The position numbers were made by a program, and so were the translations under genes. 64,000 nt of DNA from Dictyostelium discoideum (Eukaryota), in contig CM000153.2 of assembly GCA_000004695.1 (NCBI GenBank), forward strand, positions 224,001-288,000, in the 5' to 3' direction. Under the pieces are notes generated by a model, which had not been told where the DNA came from, ran no database searches, and was given only the letters and a program-made list of their open reading frames with translations. Shown one piece after another: positions 45,911 through 58,274 of the stretch; position 1 is the stretch's first letter; each line of letters opens with the position of its first letter.

Positions 45911-48275
45911 TCAATGCCCATTCTTGTTCACTCCATTACCATTAGTATGACCATTATTATTTATATTATTGTTATTATTATTTATATTATTATTATTATT
46001 AAGATTTATATTTGAATTTGAAGTTTTAATTGGTAAACCTTTTTTTTGTCTAATAAATAATTTTAAAAGTTCTTGAAAATCTTTAATTGGAGAAGAAGGT
46101 TGTAATAATTTAATGAATTGATTGATAACTTCTTGAGAGACATTTAATTTTGGTAAAAGGATAGTATTCATATAGGTTAAGAATTCATCACCATACTTTT
46201 GAGCGATGGCTCTTAGGGATTTACCAATTTCCAAGAGAATTTGAGTTGAAGTGAAATCAGACATATTGAATTGATCAGATAGGGGTACTTGGAAGCAAAG
46301 GGGTACCACTTGATCATAGATAAAACTTTGGAAACCATTTACAGCATGTGGACCACCAGGAGAATAATCGTCAATCATTTTCTTCAAAATGACAAAACAA
46401 ACCTTTTGAATGGACTCTGAATGACTGCCACTAGCTTGACAACCACCAATAACTGTATTGAAAACCTGTTGAAATAGTAAAGGTAAATTGAGGGTTGAAG
46501 TTAGGGTAGAAGCTAAATTATGAGTAAACAAAGCTTGAATCAATTGGAAATAAGATTTCTTCAAATCATTTAACGCTCTTTCGGCATCTGAATGCTCGAC
46601 GGGTGGGATTGTGGTATTCAAAGATTTGTAAATTCTATCAACGATTGGACAAAGTGTTGGATTGATGACATCGAATAGCTCCTCTTTATACTTTGAGATT
46701 AGTTGATTGTAAAACACCAAAAACTCCAACAATATGTCTATCGTAGTTGCATGGTCCAATAGGATGGGCAAGATTTTCACTAACAATGGCTTCAAATCCT
46801 TTCCCAACACATCCACCATACGATGCATATAAAAGAAGGTTCTAGACTTGATATCCTCATTTGAGGGTATCAACGAGGGCAATTGAATGATCGACTCTAA
46901 CGAACGCTTGAAATAAACCTTATAGGTGCAATAGGCGTCGGGCTTCAACTGACCATTTGTAGCATTGAACGAGCTGAAACCCTTACTAAACGTACCAATC
47001 ACATTGATCAACTGAGTCAACTGAACTGTATAATAGAATTGATTCTCCTTTGTGTCACCTTTATATAACTGTTTTGCAATGATCTCCTCCATCTTTATAA
47101 TTGGATTATTTAATATCTTTTCAATATACAATGCCTCCTTCTCAATGGGTAAATTTGCACCACCAATTAAAAATCCTAATGATTCATAAAAATTCAATTG
47201 TTCTTCGAATGGCACCTCTTTTTGAATTTCATATGAAATGATTAAATGATTCTTCAAGGCATCAATGATATCATTAATGTATGGAAACATTTGAACTTTC
47301 AAATATTTTGCCAACTTATTTAACAAATAACCAGCTTTACTTCTAACCAAAGCATCCTTATTATGAATACCTCTTTCATCCAAGAATGATTTTAAAACTG
47401 ATGATAGATATTGTTGTTCATCCATTGGTATATACTTTGCATATCTAACAATAGTTTCAAAATAAATTAATGAAACAACTTGATGTTCTGTAATTGAAAT
47501 TGAACTTTGTGATAAAACTACAACCATTGAACCAAAGAATTTCTCAAATGATTTTAATGTTTCCTCTGATGTTGCTGATATACCTTCACCCATTTGAAAT
47601 AATAAATAAATTGAAACTTCAATATCTGAAAATGACATATCATCATCATCCTCCTCATCCTCATTATTATTATTTTTAATATTATTCGCATTTTTAACAT
47701 TATTTTTATTTGTATTATTATTATTATTATTAGTCGTATTATTATTTATATTATTTGTATTATTATTTATATTATTCGTGTTGTTGTTGTTATTATTATT
47801 CGTTTTATTTATATTATTATTTATAGTACCATTTTTACTATTTGTCGTATTTTTATTTTTATTATTATTATTTTTATTTTCTACAATTCTTTGAATATTT
47901 GTCGCTATAAAACTACCAACCATTTCTGGACAAATCCTAAATATATTTCTAAATAAATTTGATAAATCTTTTCTAAAATCTGCAAATTTAATATCACTTT
48001 CATCATCATCCTCTTCAATTCTACTTGTTTTATATCTCATTTTATTTCTAACTATTTGAACCAATAATGTAATATGTTGAATTTGTTTTTCATTTAAAAC
48101 TTTAATATTCTTTAATTTTTGAACATAAAGTGATGCTAAACCATAAACTGAATATGAAACATCATTCGATTCATTATTAAAGAATCGAAATAATAATTGT
48201 AACATCTCCTCTAATAATATTTCACCACTTTGAAATTTTTTATCAAATCCTTCTTGTTGTAATGTTTGAATCTAA

Positions 48276-48312
<37 letters not shown>

Positions 48313-49800
48313 TAAATATAATAATTATTAGTATGATTGATAATGATAATGATAATGATGATGATGATGATGATGATTAATTAATTAATTAATTAATTAA
48401 TTTATATAAAACTTACAGATTCTAAACTTCTTAAAATTTCCATACCAGTTAAATTAATTAAAGCACCAACTCTAATATTAAATTCTTGATCATCTAATTG
48501 AGCAAAATTAATGATATTTTTAATTTCCAATTGTTGAATTAATGTTAACTTTGCGAATGGATCCATACCTTTGTTTATGATCTCTTTGAAACAATCACAA
48601 ACTTCATCTCTAACAACTCTAACACCAAGATATTTACAAAATAATGGAATGAATTTATCATTAACAATCAATGAAATATCAATCCAACCAACATATGTTT
48701 TAATATTTTGTAATGTCATATTAATTAATGGTGGTGATTGATGATGAACTAAAATTTCATACCATGATGCTACAATCTTTGTAATTGCATTCTCTCTCAT
48801 TGTATCTTTCTATAAATATATAAAATAAATAATTATTAATATTAATAATTATTATTATTATTAAAAAAAAAATAAAAAATAAAATAAAAAATAAAAAATA
48901 AAAAATAAAAAAAAACCTTACAATAAATGTATTTTGAGCTAATTCAGCAGGACTTCTATGAACATCAAATGAAACAACTTCTTCATCAATTGATTTACAA
49001 ATTCTTAAGAAAATATCAATTGATGAATTACCTGGGCTTAACATTGATAAGAAATCATCAAAAAATGTTAACCAATTCTCCAAATACTCTTGTTTAAATA
49101 ATAATACCATAACTTGTGCATATTTATTTTTGATTGCTATAATAAAATTTAAAAATTTTAAAAGTTAATATAATAATTAAAATAAAAATAAAAAAAAATG
49201 TAGAAAGAAAAAAAAAAGGAAGTACAAGGTGACGTAAAAAAAAAATAAAAAAAAAAAATTTCGATTTTTTTTTTTTTATTTTTTTTTCGAAAAAATTTTT
49301 GCATAGGGAAAATATGAGAGAAAGTTTATAAACTTACCAGATTCTTCTTGATTGTTTACTAAATAAAGTCTGAACCAATTCATTAAACCTGTTCTTAAAT
49401 TTAATCTATCTGTTTTGCTTAATGTTTCATATCTTTTTTGAAAAAAATAAAAAATAAAAAAAAAATAAAAAAAGTGTATAAAAAAGTTAGAAAATTTATA
49501 CATTATTATAAAATGAATGTGAAATAATGTATAAAAGAATAAAAAAAAAAAATAAAAAAAAAAAAGATGATAATTATAATAAAAAGATAATAAATACCTA
49601 TGTAAGATAATTTCTTGAAAAACTTGTAAACAAAAGAATTTGACTAATACAATTTGAGTTTTTCCCAATCTTTCTAAACAAAATAACCATGCTTCTGGTG
49701 CAACTTTAATTGATTCTGTGTATGCTAATGCCTTTTGTTTAATGTCTTCTGAAACATTTGGATCAAAACAATAGATGATTGCTTTTTCAAATTCATCCAT
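45911..49800 (-). CDS. xpot: exportin-T (tRNA exportin, Los1/XPOT family); 5 exons (~49608-49800, ~49338-49430, ~48945-49135, ~48418-48806, 45911-~48273)
   Basis: The sequence is collinear with human XPOT. MDEFEKAIIYCFDPNVSEDIKQKALAYTESIKVAPEAWLFC...VKFFCLQVFQE aligns to the XPOT N-terminus. FLRICKSIDEEVVSFDVHRSPAELAQNTFIKDTMRE aligns to YLRILMAIDSELVDRDVVHTSEEARRNTLIKDTMRE. WIDISLIVNDKFIPLF, VRDEVCDCFKEIINKGMDP and FETIVRYAKY also match. The introns have GTAAGT/GTATTT/GTAAGG donors. A poly-N insertion sits in the large exon. Confidence 0.85.
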
Positions 49801-49901
49801 TTAGATTTTATTTTTGTTTTTTACTTTTTTATTTTTAATATATATGTGTGTGTGTTGTTTCTTTTATTTTTTAATTATTTATATTAATTATTTATATTAA
49901 A

Positions 49902-49935
<34 letters not shown>

Positions 49936-50075
49936 GGTATTCCCTTTTTTTAAAATTTATTTTTTTATTTTTGGGGGGGGGGGGGGAAAAAAAAAAAAAG
50001 GGTTAAAAAAAAAAAAAAATATTAAAAAAATTAAAAAACTGTTTGTCGGTCGTTGTAGTAAAATTTTTTTTTTGG

Positions 50076-50112
<37 letters not shown>

Positions 50113-51078
50113 CAAAAAAAAAAAAAGCAAAAAAAAAAAAAAAAAAGGAAAAAAAGCAAAAAAAATTAAAATAAATTTTGAGAAGATAATTGTGAAAAAT
50201 AAAAAAATAATAAAAAAAATAATAATTAAAATAGAAAATAAATAAAAAAAATTAAAAAAAAAAAAAAATAAAAAAAAAAAAAGAAATTAATAATAATAAT
50301 ATAATAGTATAATAAATTTTCTTCCAAAAGTTTAAGTTTTTATTAAATTTAATTGCTTAATTATTTTTAGTAGTGCTATATGATTTTAAAAAATTTTATT
50401 AATTCACAAAATAAAAACAACATGTTATTTAATTTAGTAATAATTTGTATAATATTATATAAAAAATTATGATGTTTAATAATTTTTTTATTTTTTTTTA
50501 ATAATAATAATAATAAAAAAAAAAAAAAAAAAAAAAAGATACAATTTACCATCAATGAATTCAAGTGTTATTAGTACTACAACTATTTCAAAATCAATTA
50601 TCGTCATTTTAAAATGAGAAATAAAAAAAAAAAAAAAAAAAAAAAAAAATATCTTTGAAAACATTTTATATATTAAGATTTTTATTTTATATAGATTTTT
50701 TATTTTTAATTTTTTTTATAAAAATAAGAAATCATTCTAATAATATGAATTTCATATTTTTCTTTAACAAACAAATCTTCCAATTAATGTATTTTTGGTT
50801 TAAAATCTATTTTTGAGTCAACATCACTGATTGAGTCAATTACATTCTTTTTTTTTTTATTTTTTTTTTTTTTTTTTTTTTTTATTTTCAGAAATTGATT
50901 TTCTTTTTTTTTATTTTTTTTTATTTTTTTATTTTTAAAATTTCAAAAAAACAATTAAAAACGATAACTTTTTTTTTTTTTTTTTAATTTCTGTGTGTTT
51001 TTTAATTTAAAAAAAAACTTTGTTTCTTTTTCACACTATTTTTTAAATAATAATTTACTATATATAAAATAAATAAAA

Positions 51079-51497
51079 ATGTCAGGTCAACAAGAATTTG
51101 GTAAAATTATTGATGGTAAAGAGATATCAAGTCAAGTTAAAGAATCAATTAAAGATGAAATTACATTAATGAAAGAGAAAGGATTAAGAGCACCATGTTT
51201 AGTTGTAATTTTAGTTGGTGATAGAAAAGATTCACAAACCTATGTTAGAAATAAGAAAAAGACAGCATCAGATTTAGGTATTAATTCAATTGATATCCTC
51301 TTACCAGAACAAACTACTCAACAAGAATTAATTGATTTAGTTCAATCTTATTCTAAAAAAGATGATGTTGATGGTATTTTAGTTCAATTACCATTACCAT
51401 CTCATATTAATGAAGAAATTATTTTAGTAAGTCCCCCCTCTCTCTCCCCCTCTCCCTCTCTCTCAAAATAATAATAATATTAATATTTTCATTTTTA

Positions 51498-51588
<91 letters not shown>

Positions 51589-52215
51589 GTTATGTATAGA
51601 CCCAAATTGATGAAAGTAAAGATGTTGATGGATTTCATCCAGTTAATATTGGTAAATTAGCAATGAGAGGTAGAAAAGCAGATTTTGAACCATGTACACC
51701 AAAAGGTTGTATTGAAATGTTAGATAGAAGTGGTATTGAAATCGCTGGAAAGAATGCTGTTGTATTGGGTAGATCAAATATTGTAGGTTTACCAGTTTCA
51801 ATGTTATTATTAAGTAGAGATGCTACTGTTACAATTTGTCATTCAAAAACTCCAAGTATGTGTGTGGTGTTTTTTTAAAAATTTATTTCCAATCTATATA
51901 AAAAAAAAAAAAAATACTAATATTATTATTTATTGTTTAGATTTAAAAGAAAAATGTAGAGAAGCAGATATTTTAGTTGTTGCAATTGGTAAAGCAAAAT
52001 TAGTTAAAAAAGATTGGGTTAAAACAGGTGCTGTTGTAATTGATGTTGGTATGAATACTGATGAAAATAATAAATTATGTGGTGATGTTGATTATAATGA
52101 AGTTAAAGAGGTTGCAAGTTATATTACACCAGTACCAGGTGGTGTTGGTCCAATGACAATTGCAATGTTAATGAAAAATACTCTTGAAAGTGCAAAAAAG
52201 AAATTATTAAAATAA
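51079..52215 (+). CDS. methylenetetrahydrofolate dehydrogenase/methenyl-THF cyclohydrolase (FolD/MTHFD family); 3 exons 51079-51426, 51600-51855, 51941-52215
   Basis: The protein reads [83 protein letters not shown] and [26 protein letters not shown] donor ends exon 1 and a GTATGT donor ends exon 2. Intron 1 contains a (TAT)n tract. Confidence 0.9.
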
Positions 52216-52429
52216 AATAAAATAAAATTAATTTCAAAAAATAAAATAAATTTTTTAAAAAAACAACACCTTAGACATAAAATAATCTCAAACAAAACCT
52301 TTTTAAAAAATGAAAAAAAAAGATTTAATTTGAGATATTATTTTTTTTTTTAATTCATTTATGGGGGTTTGAATTTAATTAAAAAAAATGTTCAAAAAAA
52401 TATTTTTTAAATCAATTTGATTTTTTTAT

Positions 52430-52640
52430 TTAAAATCATTAACAAGGGGGTATTAATCAATATTAAAATATTTTTTAAAGGGTTTGATAAAATACAAATT
52501 TTTTTTTTTTTTTTTTGTAAATTAACAAAAAAGTACTAAAAATAAATGAAGCTTACAACCCATTGATTATAAACAAACCAAAATATTATTTTATTATAAT
52601 TTAATTTTTTTTTTTTTTATTTAAATTTGTATTATGAAAA
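52430..52640 (+). repeat. copy A of a dispersed ~200-bp repeat (copy B at 57225-57440), ~80-190 bp upstream of a plus-strand gene start
   Basis: ...gggtttgataaaatacaaattttttt...aaattaacaaaaaagtactaaaaataaatgaagcttacaacccattgatt...aaccaaaatattattttattataatttaatttttt...atttgtattatgaaaaaaa matches 57270-57440 at about 80% identity. Confidence 0.8.
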
Positions 52641-52712
52641 AAAAAAAAAGTATAAATTAATAAAGTTTTTTTTTTTTTTTTTCATTTTTAAAACTTTAAT
52701 TAAAAAAAAAAA

Positions 52713-54420
52713 ATGAATAAATTATTAGTTTTTATATTATTATTGTTATTATTAATTAATATTTCTTTTGCAAGAAAAAGATCATACATTAAAAACACAG
52801 ATGCTTCAATTGTTGTAACTCAATTTGGTGCAATTAAGGGTATTGTTGAAGATACTCATCGTGTATTCTATGGTGTTCCATTTGCTCAACCACCAGTGAA
52901 CCAATTAAGATGGGAAAATCCAATTGACTTAAAGCCATGGGAAAATGTTAGAGAAACTTTAACCCAAAAATCACAATGTGCTCAAAAATGTAATCTTGGT
53001 CCAGGTGTTTGCTCTCCAATTGGTACTTCCGAAGATTGTTTATATCTTGACGTTTTTACTCCAAAAGATGCCACACCAAATTCAAAATACCCAGTAATTG
53101 TTTATATTCCAGGTGGTGCATTTAGTGTTGGTAGTGGTTCTGTACCTCTTTATGATGCTACTAAATTTGCTCAATCATCAGTAATAGTTGTTAATATTAA
53201 TTATAGATTAGGTGTTTTAGGTTTTATGGGAACTGTAAGTTTTAATATACATTATTAATATATGTGTAATTTAATAAATATATTAATACCTATTATTTTT
53301 TTTATTGTTATTATCTCTTTTAATTATTAAAAAGGATTTAATGCATGGTAATTATGGTTTCCTTGACCAAATTAAAGCATTAGAATGGGTTTATAATAAT
53401 ATTGGTTCCTTTGGTGGTAATAAAGAAATGATTACAATTTGGGGTGAATCTGCAGGAGCCTTTTCAGTTTCAGCTCATTTAACATCTACCTATTCAAGAC
53501 AATATTTTAATGCTGCCATCTCATCATCATCACCATTGACTGTTGGATTGAAAGACAAAACAACCGCCAGAGGTAATGCTAATAGATTCGCAACAAATGT
53601 TGGTTGTAATATTGAAGATTTAACATGTCTTCGTGGTAAATCAATGGATGAAATTCTTGATGCCCAAGAAAAAGTTGGACTTACCTTTGGCGATAAAATT
53701 CTAGATGCTTTTACTATTTGGTCACCAGTTATCGACGGAGATATCATACCAATGCAACCATTAACCGCTGTAAAGGAAGGTAAAACATATGATGTTCCAA
53801 CCATTATTGGAAATGTAAAACATGAAGCTATCCCATTCATTTATTCATTTTTCCAAGATAGTGTTGGAATCGATTACTATAGAGTTCTCGTTGCTATTGT
53901 TTTCCCATTGAATGCTATGAAGATTTTACCATTATATCCAGCCGCTCCAAGAGGTCAAGATTCAAGACCAATTTTATCTGAATTAATCACTGATTATTTA
54001 TTCAGATGTCCAGATAGATATCATACCGTTACAAATGCCAAAAAGCTTTCATCCCCAACCTATCATTACCATTATGTTCATGTAAAATCAACTGGTCATT
54101 CATTGGATGCCTGTGATGATAAAGTATGTCATGGTACCGAATTATCACTATTCTTTAATAGCTATGAATTAATGGGTGAAAGATTGGATAATGATGAAAA
54201 GGAATTAGCTATTGATATTAATAACTATATAGTTAACTTTGCAACTACTCATAATCCAAACACTGGTTTAGATGTACCAGTCCAATGGAGACAAGTCACT
54301 TCTACTCAAAACTCAACTTTAATTTTGGAAACAACTATTGAAACTAAAGATACTTTTACAAATGATCCAAAATGTAATGCTTTAGATTTGACTTACTATA
54401 GAAATCAAGTTAGACCTTAA
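52713..54420 (+). CDS. secreted carboxylesterase/cholinesterase-family (type-B) esterase, 2 exons (52713-~53235, ~53345-54420)
   Basis: It has a signal peptide [20 protein letters not shown]. Family motifs are GVPFAQPPV, EDCLYLDVF, VIVYIPGGAF and the nucleophile elbow GESAGA. A GTAAGT donor follows ...LGFMGT and the acceptor is aaaaag|GATTTAATGCATGGTAATTATGGTTTCCTTGACCAA. Confidence 0.85.
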
Positions 54421-54622
54421 ATAATAAAAAAATTAAATTTAATTTTTTAATTAAAAAAAATAATATAAATAAAATTTTTTATATTTCATTTTATTTATTT
54501 ATTATAATTTCTTATGTAATCAAAAATAATAAAATTAATTAGTATTATTTTTTATTTTTTATTTATTTTTTTTAAAAAATTAAAACGATAAAAAAAAAAA
54601 AAAAAAAAGTGTAAAAACTTAC

Positions 54623-54754
54623 ATCATGAGTACCATGTGAAAAGTTGAGTCTACAAACGTTCACACCAGTTTCAATTAATTTAATTAAAGCTTCTTCACT
54701 CATTGTTTTTGGACCAATTGTACAAACAATTTTGGTTCTAACAAACACTTTCAT
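54623..54754 (-). pseudogene. pyk: orphan pyruvate kinase first exon (44 codons: ATG ... FSHGTHD|gtaagt) with no downstream exons present
   Basis: [44 protein letters not shown] is the canonical PK N-terminus ([10 protein letters not shown]...NVARLNFSHG), followed by a GTAAGT donor. The minus-strand downstream region 54421-54620 is AT-rich non-coding. 52713-54420 is the plus-strand esterase and 51079-52215 is FolD. Confidence 0.55.
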
Positions 54755-55293
54755 TATAATTTTATTTTATTTTTTTTATTTTATTTTTTAATTTTAATTT
54801 TTAGATATTGATAAAAACACAAAAGAAAAAAAAAAAAAAAAAAAATATTTTCGTTTTTATTTTCTTTTATTTTTTTTTTAGTATTATATAAAAAAAAAAA
54901 TAATTTAATTGTTTTATTTTTTTATTTTTTTTTTTATTTTTATTTTTGTTTTATTTTTATTTTTTTTTCATTTTTTATTTATTTTTATTTATTTATTTTT
55001 TTTAATATCAAAAATAAAATATCCTCTCGTTATTCTTTAAAATAAAATATAAAAAACAAATTTAGTTTTTGATTGAAAAAAAAAAAAAAAATTAAATAAA
55101 ATTAAATAAAGTTTTTATTTTTTTATTTATTTTTTTAAGACTGACTTAAATTGAGATTATTTTTATGGAAATAATTATTCAGTTGGATAAATTTCAAAAT
55201 ATTCAATGGCATACTTATGATGAATGATTTATTTTTAAATTAGTACAACTTTTTTTTAATCAATGTAAAAATATTGAATAATGTAATATAATT

Positions 55294-55960
55294 ATTATAA
55301 TACTTCTCTAAGTTCTTCACGTGTAATACATTTGTCATCATCAGAATCCACATCTTCAAACATTGAGTTGGCCAAGACTTTAGCTTGAGCTTCATTTGAA
55401 CCACTAGTAATGAAATATTGTCTGGCCTCATCCCAAGTAATTTTATTATCTTTATTTGAATCAGCCTATAAAATTTTATTTATTTTTTTATTTTTAAAAA
55501 TATTAAATTTCAATTACTATGTTTTTATGGGAAAGATTAATATTTATATATTTAATATATATATATATATTACCTTAAAAATAATATCAACGAATTTTTT
55601 TAAACAAGTTTCAGCTTCAATAATATAATCTACAAGTACTGCAGTTTTAACTTCATTAACCGAAAGTTTTCCATCTTTGTCAAGATCAAATAGTTCAAAT
55701 AATGAATTGGTTGCCAAAGTTGGGTTTGGGTATTTGCATTTCTTGTACATGTCATTAACTTCTTTCTTTGATAATTGGTTATCACCATTTTTATCAGCTG
55801 CTTTAATTGCTTCATTCTTTAATTTAAAAATATAAAATAAATTTTTTTTTTTTTTTTTTTTAAACGTTAAAAAAGTTTAACATATTAGTTAATAAATATT
55901 TAAACAACACTTACTGTTGCATTTGTTAATTCTTCAAGAAATTCCTTTTTAGTAACCATT
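55294..55960 (-). CDS. EF-hand calcium-binding protein (~150 aa), 3 exons (~55914-55960, ~55575-55819, 55294-~55464)
   Basis: Assembled by hand: [15 protein letters not shown] | [60 protein letters not shown]...IIFK | [18 protein letters not shown]...[57 protein letters not shown] and [14 protein letters not shown] are EF-hand loops. The donors are GTAAGT and GTAATA. Confidence 0.75.
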
Positions 55961-57224
55961 TTTAATTCTTTTTTTTATGTTTAAGTTAATTTGTTAATAA
56001 AAAAAAAAAAAAAAAATTAATCTTAAATACTTTTTTTTATTTTTTTTTTAAAAAATTATTAATAATTTATAATTTTTTTAATACCAATATTTTGAGCAGT
56101 TTGGCAGTTCAATTGTTTACCAAGATACAAATTTAGATTAAAAAGTGTGAAGTAAAAGGGTTGAATTTTTTTTTTTTTTGTAAAATTTTGATTGGGGTGT
56201 GGGAAATAAAAACAGTTTTGTTTTTTTTTTTTTTTTTTTTTAATAATATGGTATGATTTGATTATCAAGACTAAAAAATAGAACCACAGTCACCCCAATC
56301 AATAAATTTAAATAAAATAAAAAAATAAAAATATAAGAACCCACACCAAAAATAAAAATTATTTTAATTCCCATTTTTTTTTTTTTTTATTTTTTCCAAA
56401 TTATATTCATTTTCTAATTTTTTACCCATTTAAAACAGTTTAAACAGTTTTCAAAATCACAAATCACCAATTGAAAACCTAATGGATCTCAATGAGGGTG
56501 GGTAAGAGTGTTTAAACATTTTTTTTTTTTTATTTTTTTTTTTTTATATTTTTTATTTCCTTATATTGATTTTGTTTTTTTAAATTTAATTATTATTTTT
56601 TTTTACAAATTGATTTTTTTTATTATTTTATTTAAAATTATGTTGAATTTATGATTTTATATAATTTTATAATAACAATCTTAACTTCACCACTTTAAAT
56701 CTAACAGATATATATATAAAAAAATATATTTTTTTTTGAAGTTTTTTGTAAAAATACACTTTAAATAATATTTATGGCTGGTAATTAAAAATGAAAATTC
56801 TTTTTCTTTAATTTCTTTATTCATTTAACTACAATGAAATTTATTATCAAAAAAAAAGAAAAAGACCTAAATAGCAAGCTTATAACTTGTTTATTATATA
56901 ATATAATTTATTCTAATGTATATCAATTGATGGTGGCGTAAAAACTGGTTATAATGTATTTTGAAGACTATTTTTATAAAATTCATGGGATTAGTTAAAG
57001 ATAAAGATATTAAATATTAATTTTCATTTTTTTGATTATTTTTTTTTTTTTGTTTTTACCTTCTTGATTGTTTTAAATTTTTTCACACCCCAAAACTGTT
57101 TTCCCCATTATTAACCACACAAAAAAAAAAAAAAAAAAAAAAAAATTAAAATTACCAAATTACAAATTACAAATTAAACTCCCAAATCAAAAAAGGATTT
57201 TATTGGTAATGTTTCATTTTCCAA

Positions 57225-57440
57225 TAACAATGCCTTGATTAATTTTTAATCATAATTTTTTATTTTTTTGGGGGTTTGGTGAAATACAAATTTTTTTTTT
57301 ATTTATTTTTTTGAATTAAATTACAAAAAAGTTCTAATAATAAGTGAAGCTCACAACCTCATTGATTTTAAAAAACCAAAAAATTATTTTAATTTTAATT
57401 TTATTTTATTTTTTTAATTTGTATAATGAAAAAAACAATT
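57225..57440 (+). repeat. copy B of the dispersed ~200-bp repeat (see 52430-52640), ~310 bp upstream of the 57753 ATG
   Basis: ggtttggtgaaatacaaattttttt...aaattacaaaaaagttctaataataagtgaagctcacaacctcattgatt...aaccaaaaaattattttaattttaatttt...atttgtataatgaaaaaaac. Confidence 0.8.
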
Positions 57441-57651
57441 CTATTGTTTTCATTTATTATACCATTTTTTTTAATTAGAAGAATACAAAAATAAATTTTT
57501 TGAGATCTAATCTTAATAATTTTTAAAACCAATTTTTTTTATTTGGAACTTTGGTTAAAAACCCAATCAGTTTCAGATTTAATCTAAAAAATTCTTCAAT
57601 TACAATTTTTAACTGACTCCCAATCCATTTTTCATTTAATAGCCAATTATT

Positions 57652-57692
<41 letters not shown>

Positions 57693-57752
57693 ACAAGAAA
57701 AATTATTATTATTTTAATATTATTATTGTTAAACAATAAATCAAATTAAAAA

Positions 57753-58121
57753 ATGACTTTATCAGTGGAACAAATTTCAAAATTGGAGGAGTCTAAAATA
57801 AGAGCCAAGAAAGTGTATGAAAATTATGATGAAAAATTAAATAATTTTTTAAATGAACAATTGGTTGAATTAAAGAAACAAAACAACTCAATTTCAAATT
57901 TTAGTGAGAATGAAATTAAAGATTTGAAAATTTCATTCCAATCAATTCAATCTGAAAAAAGTGCCAATGAACTTTACAGTGAATTCCCATTTGAAGAAAT
58001 GTGGGCAATAATGGGTCTTGCATTGAGTGCTGATCCATCAGGTGTTGCTCCAATTATTTTCGGTGCTATTAATATTCTTTTTAATAGTCTCGGTTTATTT
58101 AATTCCCAAGAAAGATTGTAA
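57753..58121 (+). CDS. hypothetical 122-aa protein (may be exon 1 of the 58275 gene)
   Basis: ATG start. The N-terminal half is a coiled-coil-like, K/E-rich segment. The C-terminal stretch is hydrophobic (MWAIMGLALSADPSGVAPIIFGAINILFNSLGLF). The stop overlaps a possible GTAATT donor, and the acceptor ttttag at ~58260 would join in frame to FFKQIMEAVEK.... Confidence 0.4.
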   Translation: MTLSVEQISKLEESKIRAKKVYENYDEKLNNFLNEQLVELKKQNNSISNFSENEIKDLKISFQSIQSEKSANELYSEFPFEEMWAIMGLALSADPSGVAPIIFGAINILFNSLGLFNSQERL

Positions 58122-58274
58122 TTACTTAAAAACAATTAAAATAATAATTAAAAAAAAAAAAATATATTTAAAAGAACTAATATAATAAATTTAAATTTTT
58201 TTTTTTTTTTAAAATAATAAAAAAAAAAAAATTAAAAAAAAAAAAAATTTTATGGTTTTAGCTTTAAACAAATA

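Noticed and set aside
53490-53840. 116-aa minus-strand ORF inside the esterase gene
   Set aside because: It is antisense to a well-supported carboxylesterase exon that carries the GESAG motif.
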